A stretch of DNA of 41,648 nucleotides from Nemertoderma westbladi (GCA_032718475.1 JAUCBJ010005003.1:1-41648); one strand, 5' to 3'; numbered from the stretch's first letter, positions 10,077 to 22,441 are shown. The notes: generated by a model not told the origin, from the letters alone. Numbers and translations are program-made.

Positions 10077-11817
10077 TATGAAGCCTTATATAACTAAAAC
10101 CCAACTGGAAACACCAACAAAAATATCGGAGTGAATACTGTACTCGAGGTCTCGCAACACGGCCCTAAAAAGTTTGTATTTGCACGAAGCAATACCCATC
10201 ACCACCAAATGAGAGGGAGCTTTACAATTTATTTATAGTATATGATTCCTAGTTTTTCTGCATGTACCCTATGACCATAACCCTGGATCTGAGGTCAGCT
10301 TTTGCCAACATGATAGACGGTTCACTAGACACCTCCATAAAATCTTGGCCATCAACTATTGATGTAGTTGAATTATTAATTTAATTGTATTATCATTGCC
10401 AATAAAATAGAAATTAATTATACCATTTACTTTTTCATGACTAAATGATTAATATCGATAACATCGCCAAAATACCGGGTACCTTACGGTACTACGACTA
10501 CCGTAAGCTGGACTTGGGCCGGAGATACCTACCCTATAAGTTTTGTCATCCTTGGGACGTTCTCTCACTACTTAAACCGCTTTACAACAGCTAGATTATT
10601 ATCATTACCTTTGTCTAAATCACAAATTTATTATTAGTCAGTGCCAGCAAGTGTCACCCTGGAAGTGGTGCAAGGTACATCGCATTTGAGACTATTAATC
10701 AAGTGTCTTTGATTAAAATCTACTTCAATATGATGTACTTATTGGTGTTTGTACAGTGATAATTTGGTGTGCATTGCGTGATGACGTGGAAAATTGGCTG
10801 TTGAAAAGGTATAAAATTGTTTCTCCATATTATTCAAATCTCTTATTTATTGATTTGGTTATAATACCCCACAGTTGAGGGATAAGCATTGTGCTCGAAT
10901 CTTGTAGGCTATATGTCTGTACAAAAAGAATAAAGTGGTAGTGGAGTTTTATCCTATAGTTGCGGATTAACTATAATCCAGACTGTTTGGTTGAAAAGTT
11001 TACAATTTATATTAATATACTTATTTTTTCACCAGCTCATGATCAAGTATCATTTATTAATTTTAATTAATCCACCATACTTTGCGTACATAAGTATTGG
11101 GAAAAGCCATTATTAGCCAATGAAATGTCATACCAGTTTTAAGGGGAAATCATGTCCAATAAATCTATACATATGATATAAAGTAGCCAAAGTAGGCCTG
11201 AACTCCAGTATATTCTGTACTGGTATGTTGTTAGATTGTTTTGCCAAAAGCCTATGTTAGTAACAGTAACTACAGTACGGTATTGAATATTCTTGGTTTT
11301 AAACGTTTCGCTAGAAATAATATGTATCTCACTTTGCCAATTCTAAATATGTTGCTAATTAATTTTAGTAAATAATTCCTACAATGATTTCAGGGCGTCA
11401 TGATTCCTACTCGTCATTCCTAATGTGTTTGGTGTGGAGAGTGGACTGGCTCTAATTAATGGTATTCATTGCATTCTAAAACTTAGATATATATAAGAAG
11501 CAATAGCCTAACTTTATATTATTTGAAATTTTCAACTTTAGAAACAAACATGCAAAGAAATATGACTAATGGGGTTAAATTAAAAAATAGAGGTATAATT
11601 TGGAAGCAGTGCTTCCTGTCAGGCAGCGATCTGAAGCTGTTTTAACTTTAGGCCTAGTACTGTATATATAGATATACATTTCATTATTAATACACATAGG
11701 CCTAATACTGTATATATAGATATACATTATCAATTGATTCATTATTAATACACAATCAGAGTTACAGATATTATTCGTGTTGCTATCATCTTTCACTTAC
11801 TTTGCTAAATTGTTATA

Positions 11818-12342
11818 ATGAAGGAAATCATAGCTCTATCAGATGTTGATGTTAGTGATGATTATAAATGTACAAGTAAACCTGATGAAGATGTTCGTGA
11901 TTCAACAATCATTTCAAGAAATAATTCCGGGAATATTTTTTGGAGGTTTATTAGACATCGGCTTACTAATACAATCCTGCTGGTTATCCAAGTTTTCAGT
12001 GCAGGAATGTGTTTCTCACTACCAGCTGCATTCTTCACTACCAGGGCCGTCACTCGTGGCTTTAGTGAATCACTTATTGGCGTCTTGTTTGGTCTCTATG
12101 CTGGAATAAGGTGTCTTTCTTACATCGTTTCAGGAAATCTTATCCCAATTATTGGACTTAAGTTTGTATTAATATCGGGATATATATTGGCTGGTACTTG
12201 TATGGCTTTATTTGGCATATTGGATTGGGGTCCACCTGGTGTATCTTATATTGTTCTTTGTTTCAGTTGTCGTATCATTGAAGCTTTCACCCTAGGTGGT
12301 GCCAACTTAGCTTGCTACAGCTTGGCTGGCAGTTTGTATAAG
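11818..12342 (+). CDS. SLC18B1: SLC18B1-like MFS transporter copy 2 (type B), coding exon 1
   Basis: 525 nt, paralog of 6032-6556; donor AAG|GTGAGT at 12342/12343. Confidence 0.85.
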
Positions 12343-12941
12343 GTGAGTAATCAATCTGGAGTCATCAGACACTATTAATTTTATTGTTATATTATATTAT
12401 ATTTATAGTACATTTACAATTAAAAGTGTGATGTGATGGTTGACCCAAACCTCTCGAAATGTTGCCTAATTTCGTATTATCCATATATTAATACTGACAT
12501 TAGTCTGTTATAATAGCCAATTACGCTAAGTTAATAGTCCCATCTTCTTACAGTTGAGTCTGAGGTTTAGATCAAAATGTGATTCACATTACTTCTTAAA
12601 ATGTACCATAAATCATTGTATTACCTATGCGACCCTAACCATACAATCGGGCCAGAGCATCCCGGTACTATGGGGTGATGGTCAAACTGATCTCATATGA
12701 GTTGCAGCACAAAGGGCAATGTCAGCGATACTAAAGCCTTACGTAGCACTCTGCATTCCATGCTTATGCTAGGCACATGCACTTTGGGGTATAATTACAG
12801 TACAGTACACTACACTTGTCCCACATTGTCTAGCATCGCATCCTTAACAATAGGATTTGACCCACTCTCCAAAATATTTATTCTGTCTCCACGAAGGGGT
12901 TCTGGAAACCGAGACTTCATAGTAGATACTAGCTTGCTTAT

Positions 12942-13026
12942 GGTCAAAGGTTCTACATGGCCAAAGGTCCCACAGGGTCAAAGCTTCCACAGGGTGAAAG
13001 GTTCCACATGGCCATAACTTCCCTCC
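12942..13026. repeat. 17-bp minisatellite (GGTCAAAGGTTCCACAT-like) x~4.5 in the copy 2 intron; x~3.5 at 27786-27850
   Basis: Units start at 12942, 12959, 12976, 12993, 13010. Confidence 0.85.
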
Positions 13027-13387
13027 AGTTGTAATCAACCAATCAGCAATAACCTGGTTGCTGAATCAGCTGTATGTTATGATGTACTATACAATATGGT
13101 ACACCACCGCGTTCTGTACTGTGTACCTTAATGGTCAGAGCCACCACCACTACTCTTGTACAGTTGTACCTTCTAATCTACAACCAGGGATTTCTTAGGG
13201 TGATGTCAAATGTCCGCAAATTGGCCGAGTTTATACAGTGTAGTGTTATACAATATATTGTTTTAGAAATTTTAGCTTCAGTTTCATGATTATATAATAG
13301 TGTATATGTAGTTTACACTCACTGCACTAACATACAATGTCATTCATCAACCAGGTCAATGCTGATTGGTTGATTACAACTGGAGGG
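13021..13387. mobile_element. Intronic MITE-like element with ~46-60-bp inverted repeats
   Basis: ccctccagttgtaatcaaccaatcagcaataacctggttgctgaat (from 13021) versus attcatcaaccaggtcaatgctgattggttgattacaactggaggg (to 13387); TSD obscured by poly-G. Confidence 0.75.
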
Positions 13388-13669
13388 GGGGGGGGGGGGG
13401 GGGATCCCTTCAACCAATGTGAATCAAGAGCAAGACCAAGTAAATGGAAATCAAGAACGACATAAAATAATTCAAGGACGACATAATTAAATCACGCATG
13501 ATCTAAATAAATCGTGTTTAACAATAATAAATCAAAACCGACATATAAATAATTGAAGAGGGACATACATAAGTTCAAGACCGAAGTAAATAAATTCAAG
13601 GCCATTGATAATTTATCAAGAATTACAACTAGCTCAAAGTTAATACATATTATCTCTTGTTTCCCACAG

Positions 13670-14596
13670 AAAGAAAAAATATTTGTTTTATCACTTCTTC
13701 ACAATGCCTTCTTTGGAGGAACCATGTGCGGACCTGCCCTGGGAGGAATTCTATACCAATACACCAACTTTGTTACTCCCTTTGTAATCCTTGGTGGAAC
13801 AGAAGTAGTCATAGCATTGATAAACATAATCTCTCTCCATGGCATCAAACCCAGCAAAATTGTCACTACAAAGACCATATTTGATTTACTCAAAGACAGG
13901 GTATGTTTATCTGCTTTCTTTATGTGGTTTGTAATGGCTATGGCTATGGGCTTCTATGAAACAACATTCGCTATTCATCTTGTGAATGTATATGATTTGT
14001 CTCCTGTAGAAATTGGATCAATGTTTCTTATAGCTCCACTTATAAACGTTTCAACAGGATTAGCATGGGGTGCATTTCTGGCCAGATATCGATCAATCAA
14101 CACTTTGATAGTGATAATTGTTTCCCATTTCGTTGGTATAGTAGGATTGTTACTGATGGGGCCATCACCTTTATTGAACTTACCAGATAGAATTAGCATT
14201 GTGATAGTTGGAACTGCTTTATTAGGATTTGGAATGTCAATGGCAACACCTTATATAGAAACGCTGCTTAAAATATACAAATACCGCCTTCAATGGCCAC
14301 AAACTATCGGTAACCACACAGTTGTGATGTCCCTTGCAACCAGCACAGGGGCTTGTGGTCTGTTTATTGGTCCATTAGTTGCCGGGCCATTGGCTCAATA
14401 TATCAAGTTCCCTTTAACTGCTACAGTTTTCTGTGGATTCAGCATCATTGTGATGATCCCGGCTATTATATTGCTTGTTTATTATAAATACCATGGGAGG
14501 GAAATATTTTCACGGGTTGATAATAGTGAGCAACAAATTGTGGAAGATGAAACTGAGCCTCTACTCAGTGGGTTGATTGATAAAAAAGAAACATAA
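13670..14596 (+). CDS. SLC18B1: SLC18B1-like MFS transporter copy 2 (type B), coding exon 2; spliced product 483 aa
   Basis: Acceptor ttcccacag| at 13669; open to TAA at 14594-14596; C-terminus ETEPLLSGLIDKKET. Confidence 0.88.
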   Translation, partial: KEKIFVLSLLHNAFFGGTMCGPALGGILYQYTNFVTPFVILGGTEVVIALINIISLHGIKPSKIVTTKTIFDLLKDRVCLSAFFMWFVMAMAMGFYETTFAIHLVNVYDLSPVEIGSMFLIAPLINVSTGLAWGAFLARYRSINTLIVIIVSHFVGIVGLLLMGPSPLLNLPDRISIVIVGTALLGFGMSMATPYIETLLKIYKYRLQWPQTIGNHTVVMSLATSTGACGLFIGPLVAGPLAQYIKFPLTATVFCGFSIIVMIPAIILLVYYKYHGREIFSRVDNSEQQIVEDETEPLLSGLIDKKET

Positions 14597-15183
14597 ATTC
14601 TACTCAATTCTAATAGATAATAGAAGTTTATATAACTGAACCTACCTCGGTTTTTAGAATTATTGAACATGAATCTTGACACAAACTATCTTGCTGCTTG
14701 AAAAACCCAAAATCGCCAAATCATATTTGCTGATTTGCACTTTTCTAGTACACCTTCTTGGATCTGAAGAAAAAAGTTTAGTAAACCTTCTTGGATCTGA
14801 AGAAGAAAGTTTAATCAGTTAATCTCATAATGATGCTATGGAAGTAAATAATTTCGTGCAGTGTAGTTTATACACATCGCCATAATAAATAGTTACAGGT
14901 ACACACAGTGTTTAGAGCATTTTATTATGTTTGGTTTTGTGTTCATTTGTTTTCTTTGTTTTTTTGAAGGCCCTCGTGTTTTAGTAGTAATTTTAAGGAT
15001 TAATGTCGTGATTCAATATTTTTTTGTAGTTTATGGGGTGTAAGTCTCTAGTGTTTGCCTCAGTGGTTGATAATAAATAGTACTTATGTACCGGTAGTTA
15101 CAGATTTTTAATTATAATTGTATATTGTCATTAATATGGCAATTAATTGTAATTTCCTTGTATAACACAAGTATTCCCTGGGT

Positions 15184-15340
15184 TAATAATAATAATAATA
15201 TTGGTTATTAAAATAGCGCTTTTCTACGCTGAGCATACTTAAAGCGCTTTTATTATCATTACCCCAGCAAAGCCAGGTTCCCATTATACGTAGGCGTACG
15301 CACTAATGTCTAAAGTGTCTTGCCTAGGGATACAACAGTA
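15184..15340 (-). mobile_element. SINE 3' fragment with (ATT)n tail
   Basis: (taa)n followed by atagcgc...aaagcgcttt (L2-type 3' end, reversed) and aagtgtcttgcctagggatacaac, resembling a common SINE core; absent from the paralogous flank near 29920. Confidence 0.55.
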
Positions 15341-15399
15341 AGAGTAAGATATTCTCACTATCAATTCATCGTTTTAGAATTAAACAAGAAGGCACAAAG

Positions 15400-16620
15400 T
15401 AAAATCAATTAGGTAAATAACATGTCGAACTTACAAAACTTCACCAAATTACATGCACGTAATTTATTCTTAAAAATATTTGTATTTAAAGAAAGGACAA
15501 AATCCGTAGGTAATTAATTCCAGATAGATTCTATTCGACTAGAAAATTGACTTTTCGAAATTAAAATACGGTGGTGTGGAGTAAAAAGTTTTTGTCCTCG
15601 TGTGTTATTTCAATGTGTAGAAATATGTGATTGTTAATTACTTTGTAAGTTGCTACTAAACCAAATTTGTTCTACATAATTCTAATGGTTCCTACTTAAG
15701 ATATGAGAACCGGTCTACATTGTTTTTCTCAGGTAGATAGATTACAATGATTAAACAGACGATGAATCAAAAACCGCTGCACACGTTCAATGAGATATAT
15801 ACTAGTAACATGGAAAAGTGACCAGACCGGAGTGCAGTATTCCACACTGGGGCGGACGTTTCTAAGCCTGTATGTAATAAGGCTGCACGCACAGTTGCTA
15901 CTAATGAAACAACGAAAAATGAGATTGAGGATTTTGTATGCCTTTTGCACTTGTAATCTACAATGTTGGTCAAAATTTAATGTATCTGTGTATCAGGGAC
16001 TAAAATCCCCAGACCATTGAAGCTATCTGTCAATTTAATGACATTGTTGAACCGGAAATATTAATTAAATGAACTTTTTCTAGAAAGAGATATTGACAAA
16101 AAGCGACACGTGTCCGGGGCTATCTTGAGCTGCCAAGTAAAGCACCAGGAAGATTTGTTAATGCATCAGAAAAAAAAAGAACTATGCTTTGAATCAGAAT
16201 ACAATTTTAAGTCGTCTGCAAATAATTTACAGTTAACCAAGCCCATATGCACCGATAAATCATAAATATATAATATAAACAGAGTGGGTCCTCGGACGGT
16301 TCCAGATAGCGCCTGTCTAACATCAGAAATAGAGTTGCCATCAAGTACTGACTGGACCCGATTGTGAAGATATGCTTTAATCCACAATAATAAATCACCG
16401 GAAATACCAAAAGAGCTTAATTTTAGAATAAGTTTGCTGTGAACCACAGAGTCAAACGCTTCCACTAAATCAATGTCAACAATGTCAATAGTTTTCCGAC
16501 CATCGAGCATTCTAAACCAGTCACTTAAGTTCAAAAGTCCAAAAGTTGCGAGCATGTCGATCTATTTTTAAGAAAACCATGTTGACTTTTAGATATAAGT
16601 TTGAGACAAAATAAATAATC
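15400..16620 (-). pseudogene. Decayed CR1-like LINE 3' fragment (RT and C-terminus)
   Basis: QHGFL.NRS, DIVDIDLVEAFDSVVH, GPTLFILYI, LFADDLKLY, VRPSVEYCTPVWS, IERVQR, NTRGQKL...IWN*LP; many stops and frameshifts. Confidence 0.88.
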
Positions 16621-16754
16621 ACATGCACAAGTGTCTTGCATGCAGCTCATCACTGAGTTATTTTAACTTTGTAGGCTAAATAAAACGCCATGAATGCGCT
16701 TCTATACTAAATTCATGTTTATTTATTTTACTCAATAATCTAGACTACGTAGCA

Positions 16755-16920
16755 AGAAAGCAAACAGTCGGCCGAAGCCTGAGGTGACCCGAAGGCTCCT
16801 CTTTCGATAGCTGCTCACCGAGGATGGGGGTGGGTGCTACTCCTATCCCAAATGTTACTCCCAGTAATAGGTTAACTGGTCCTCATTTATTGTCCCCAGT
16901 GGATTAAAGGCTCAGTAGAC
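16755..16920 (-). mobile_element. SINE fragment (paralog of 30241-30460), truncated before the tRNA head
   Basis: gacccgaaggctcctctttcgatagctgctcaccgag...ctactcctatccc...ctcatttatt..ccagtggattaaaggctca shared with 30241-30435. Confidence 0.6.
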
Positions 16921-16921
16921 T

Positions 16922-17290
16922 CCACTACTACTACTACCATAATCGGCCTGCTGCATTGAAACTGCACATTGAGTTGCTATGCCGGCTTAACAAAAACTCT
17001 ATGGTGGTGTTAAATAACTGATATATATCCAATCCGAAATCACGCAAACGCATCGTACATTAGTTTTTTTAATGAATTCGTGAAAACGAGAGTTCAAAAT
17101 GTCAAGATATTTTCATCAGAGATGCTAACTTGTTTTTCTACTGTCTGGTGGAGTAAAAAAAGGATTAGGGATAGAGTCTCAGCGGTCAACCTTGTAGCAG
17201 TTAGAAATACACTCTCCCTGCTTTAATAGGAATAAAATACAATTTTAACTCCAATTGATAAAGTTTATGCAAGTAATAAGAAATATATTA
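16922..17290 (-). mobile_element. Possible highly decayed LINE 3' end with (TAG)n tail
   Basis: actactactactac at 16923-16936; minus strand weakly resembles the CR1 C-terminus (YKVDR..IPNPFF...TNSLK...VISDW). Confidence 0.35.
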
Positions 17291-17310
17291 TATGGGAGAA
17301 TGAATGAACG

Positions 17311-20300
17311 ATTGTTTCCCATTTAGTTGTTGGTATAATAGGATTTTTTATTGAACTTACCAGATTGAATTTAATTTAATTTATATCGTACACGAACCTA
17401 AGCACGGTAGAGCATACATAAATAGTGAGTTAGTGCACAAGTAATTACGTAAGTAAATTGCACAATACAAATTTACATAATTCAACATAATTGACAACCA
17501 AAAAAAACAAAAAAAAATGAAGGGACAATAACTATTTAACTTGCTTCCTATCTAGAATGTTGAAATCCAATTATACATACAAAAAATTTCATCCCTAGTG
17601 AACCCGGGCAATTCCAAATCATTTACTAAAATATTTGAAAGTTCTCTACATGCATGAATTAACTGTTCACTATCTACAGGTGCCGGTACAAACCTCATTA
17701 CTTTCTTTACCGTTTCTGAATTCAAAATATAAATAGGGATACCACAAAGATTACTAATTGATCTGAGATTGTGACCACTAATACTCCTACAATCATTGAA
17801 AGATATCCTAGCTAGAAATCGAACACAGCACCTATTAGAATTCATTACACCAGATGCAAACCGTACTAACCGGCTACATAACATAACCTTCATTGGGATG
17901 TGGAAAATTAACCAAACCTTCTACAATATGACGGTGGCTATTATATGGAAGAAGCCATGTCCGTCTCACATTAATATTCCAAGACGTGTAAATTTTGTCG
18001 AAACTCGTGGAATTTGAATTCCAAACCGGGCTACCGTAAAAACTAGTCGTGTATAGCTTCTGTATGTAACACACATTACTAGGAGAAGCAAAATGGAACT
18101 CCTGTCTCAGTTTGGCTAATTTTGATATAATTTCGGCTCTTTTCATTAACACATCCCTATCAAATGAACACTTATAGTCTAAAATGATACCCAGATGCTT
18201 GGCCTGTTGAACCCAGGGTAAACTAATATTATTTACAATAATTGTAGCTACTGGTGGTTTCCACTCGTACTGAAAAGGTATACACTTACATTTGCATTTG
18301 ATGGGATTCATATCAGTACTCAAACGTAAATTAAATTCATTGCAAAAAATATGGCATATATTGATCATAAATTGCAATCCTAAAACCGAAGGGCATAAGA
18401 GTAAAACGTCATCCGCATAAGCCAAGCACCCAAAATAGTGTGTACCAATAAAACAACCTTAAAACAACATTAAAATATTTAAAATTACACAGAAAAGCAT
18501 GGGTGAAATTATGGAACCTTGTCTGACACCATTACTAATGCTAAATTTAGCTGAACATGATGCATTCCATCTAACATAGCATTCTTGAATGCGATATATA
18601 AATAGCATGCACCTAAGAAACATTGGACAAAAACCTTTTTTCATCAACTCTGAAAACAGCTTGGTCCATTCGACAAGATCGAACGCTTTTGTGAAATCTA
18701 ACAAACAACCGAACACTGGTGTGCGTTCTCATGAATAATGACTGATAACCTCACCAGCCGTCCAGGTACACAGTACTGTACTACTGTTCTTGCGGAACAG
18801 GAACCCACACTGCAAGTCATCAAGTTGCAATTTGTCCCCTTCCGCCAGTAACATGACCCACTCGAAAACCTTTAGTAATAATGAAGCAATCGCTATCGCC
18901 CTGTAGTTAATACTTGAGTTAATATCCCCCAATTTATTTTTTACTAGCGGTACAAATGCAACTGACAATAAACAACGTGAAATAACACCATGCACTAAGA
19001 ATGAACTGAATAAGGCTGCAATATGATGTTCTAGAATTTCGCCGCCGTTAATTAAAGCATCTGAATCAAAACAACAGTTTACATCACTTTTACATGATTT
19101 AAGGTGATACAGAGCGTCATGCACAGTACTTTGGGTAATTATATTCGAGCTTTTATCAGTTTCTAAATCATTATTAATTGCACCATTAATTTTACTTTCG
19201 ATATCATCTAAATTAGAGTCAACGTTTTGATTATAGAGCTGTCTATATATTGTAGCAAAATTATCCGCTATATCACTATCTACAGTACAACCATCAACCG
19301 TTTTACTTTGTAAATTAACATTTCCCCTTAATATACGTATCTCCTTAAATAAATCGACATTCCCATTTAAAGAGGCTTGGAAGAGATTATAGCGCTTTAC
19401 ACGATCTTGTTGCCTTTTTAGCCTCTGCACAGCATATTTATATTGAGCTCGCGCTCTCAACCTGTGTTGAAATATATTACCTTGTGAGGAGTTGGGCCTC
19501 CCAGTGGAGCATCAAACAGAGTGCCAGAAAATGGCCTCATTTTTGTATGGCTTTACATACGAATTCCAACCGGGAATAATTTCCGTAGTACCACTACTAC
19601 TACTACTACTATGACCACCCATACTGGGTAATAATACTTTAGACACCGTTTCTATAGAGTCTAAAATATTAAGTGTATATTGTTCCAACTCGATTCAGTG
19701 AATGTTTGAGACACAATTAATATTATCACAATCAGTACAATTTAATATAGGCATTTCATCTAATAGCTCATTTAAATTATTTTTAAAAAGTAATTTGTTC
19801 TCCCCCGAAGCTCTATTGTATATATTCCTATGCGGATATAATTGTTCAGTTGTAGTGTTATGATCAACATTACCAACATAAAATTGAGAATATATTGGAG
19901 TATATCCAGAAAGATTATCTATCACCTGGATGTATCACATTTGAATCACAATACATGTCTAGCAATTGATAATTAATAATGAAATGATCTATAACAGATG
20001 TAAATTTGCCATTACCTGTACAATATAAATAGGTGTAATCCACTGGTGAATAATCCCACAATATATCAAGCTGCAAATCAACTAAAAATTCCCGCACCAA
20101 ACGCACATGTAAGGAATTGCGGGAAAAATCTGCATTTATGTCACCACAGATACAGAGGTTATTGCACTGAGTGTTCGAATTAATTTCTTTCAAATCATTA
20201 ATCAGTGATACCGTTTCATCCAAAACATTATTAATTGATTGATCATCACACGGAAAATAAACATTTGCCAAAACGCTGTTAAATCCAGGTATATTTATTT

Positions 20301-22441
20301 TTATCGTAGTATTATAATTCACTACTGATATATACTTAGATATACTTTTTTCCACAAAATAAACAACCCGCCAGATGGATGGCCAGTATGAAATGCTTCA
20401 GGGTTTAAATATTTTGCAGGGAGGAACAGATAATTACAATTGGGATATAACACATTGAACTTAGGGCAGTTTAGCTGAAAATGCTCTTGTACGCAAACAA
20501 TATCTGCACACAATAATAATGATTTAATAAAATCGATTTTATCCGGCGTTTCACACTCGCTCGTGGAGAACTCATACGACTACAAGCCGGTGTTTGTAAT
20601 GGGGACTCATCTGCCCATGCCCTTGAACCTAACGACGGCTCCGGTGCCCGCCTCGGAGCCGGTGGCGGCATCCCCCTCCAGGGAGGAAAGTTCTGCGAGT
20701 CCCGCAATTGGGAAACAACAGCGTCCTTAAACGGAACCGCACGCCTACCTGGTGGAACTTCCTTCCCGAGATCCTTCAGCTCATGGAGAAAACGATTCTC
20801 CATCACTTTAATCTTCTCCACAAAAACTTTCTCCAAATTATCTATTTTGTCATTGATTAAGCTGGTGGTTGCTGCCCCCTCTGCCGCTTCCAACCCATCC
20901 ATTGACAAACTGAAGGAAGGTAATGATAATGACTCCAAAGCAGGAACCGCAATAATAGGAAGTTCGCCTTTCATATCCAGATCGCTAAGTTTTTCCCACA
21001 GATCTTTGAAGTTCGCAGCGGATGCAGTTCTTTCCGGTGTATCACATCGGTTGATAATTTCAAACTCGAACATTTCAAAGAGTACTAATTTAGCAGCAAA
21101 TATATCTTCACTAGTGAAACGCAACATACAGACAGAGGACGCCTTCGCGGCGGTGCTAGATGATAAACCCTGCATTATAGATGATAAGCATGAATTGATT
21201 ATAAATTTTCTTCCTTTGCATGAACCGGCAAGTGCACTACTGGTAGACTTGACAACTTCTGATTGTGTTGTTGAATTATGTAACACCGCATCAGGTCTAC
21301 TACTGTGGCGGTTATTTCCGCCTGGTTAGATAGCCTACTCATGGTGCAGTATCCATACCGGTATCAGGTAACTAGCTCTACTTTACATACTTTTTATTGA
21401 ACTTACCAGATTGAATTAGCATTGTGATAGTTGGAACTGCTTTATTAGGATTTGGAATGTCATTGGTGACACCTTATATAGAAACGCTGCTTAAAATATA
21501 CAAATACCGCCTCCAATGGCCACAAACTATCGGTAACCACACAGTTGTGATGACCCTTGCAACCAGCACAGGGGCTTGTGGTCTATTTATTGGTCCACTA
21601 GTTGACGGACCTCTGACTCAATATATCAAGTTCCCTTTAGCTGCTACAGCTCTCCCTAGCATCAAACCCAGCAAAATTCTCACTACAAAGACCATATTTG
21701 ATTTACTCAAAGATTCAGCATGTTTATCTGCTTTCTTTATGTGGTTTGTAATGGCTATGGCTATGGGCTTCTATGAAACAACATTCACTATCGCTATTCA
21801 TCTTGTGAATGTATATGATTTGTCTCCTGTAGAAATTGGATCAATGTTTCTAATAGCTCCACTCATAAACGTTTCAACAGGATTAGCATGGGGTGCATTT
21901 CTGGCCAGATATCAATCAATCAACACTTTGATAGTGATAATTTTTCCCATTTCGTTGGTATAGTAGGATTGTTACTGATGGGGCCATCACCTTTATTGAA
22001 CTTACCAGATAGAATTAGCACTGTGATAGTTGGAACTGCTTTATTAGGATTTGTAATGTCAATGGCAACACCTTATATAGAAACGCTGCTTAAAATATAC
22101 AAATACCGCCTTCAATGGCCACAAACTATCGGTAACCACACAGTTGTGATGTCCGTTGCAACCAGCACAGGGGCTTGTGGTCTATTTATTGGTCCACTAG
22201 TTGCCGGGCCACTGGCTCAATATATCAAGTTCCCTTTAGCTGCTACAGTTTTCTGTGGATTCAGCATTCTTCTGATGGTCCCGGCTATGTATTGGTGCTT
22301 TATTATAAATATATTGGGAGGGAAATATTTGCACCAGTTATGACAGATGATGATAGGAGGCAACGAGTTGTGGAAGATGAAAAGGAGCCCCTTCTCAGTG
22401 GAGAGAAGTTAATGAAAGCAACCAAACATCTATTTGGATGA
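17311..22441 (+). pseudogene. SLC18B1-like pseudogene (copy 3, type A 3' end): no exon 1, LINE insertion, internal duplication, frameshifts
   Basis: 17311-17371 matches mid exon 2 with a deletion and resumes at 21418 after the LINE; at ~21649 it jumps back to an earlier exon-2 position; 6-nt insertion near 21787; 1-nt deletions near 21941 and 22288. Confidence 0.9.
17372..21390 (-). mobile_element. Decayed non-LTR retrotransposon (ORF1 + EN-RT; RTEX- or CR1/L2-group, clade uncertain) with 27-bp TSD and (TAAAT)n tail
   Basis: ORF1 piece 20540-21342; EN motifs DIVCVQEH, GHPSGG, NVYFPCD, CGDINAD, SVIDHF; RT motifs NYRAIAI, LLDFTKAFD, GVRQGSIISP, AYADD, HLGIIL; TSD at 17345-17371 and 21391-21417. 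Confidence 0.92.

Noticed and set aside
13553-13669. N-terminal extension MKRDIHKF... of the 347-aa ORF (and ORF 6934-7266)
   Set aside because: It is intronic sequence upstream of the conserved acceptor, and the frame is not preserved in copies 1 and 4
14751-14815. Tandem CTGAAGA...GAAA as a minimal hammerhead ribozyme
   Set aside because: There is no stem II between the motifs; it is a simple ~33-bp duplication not conserved in the paralog near 29560
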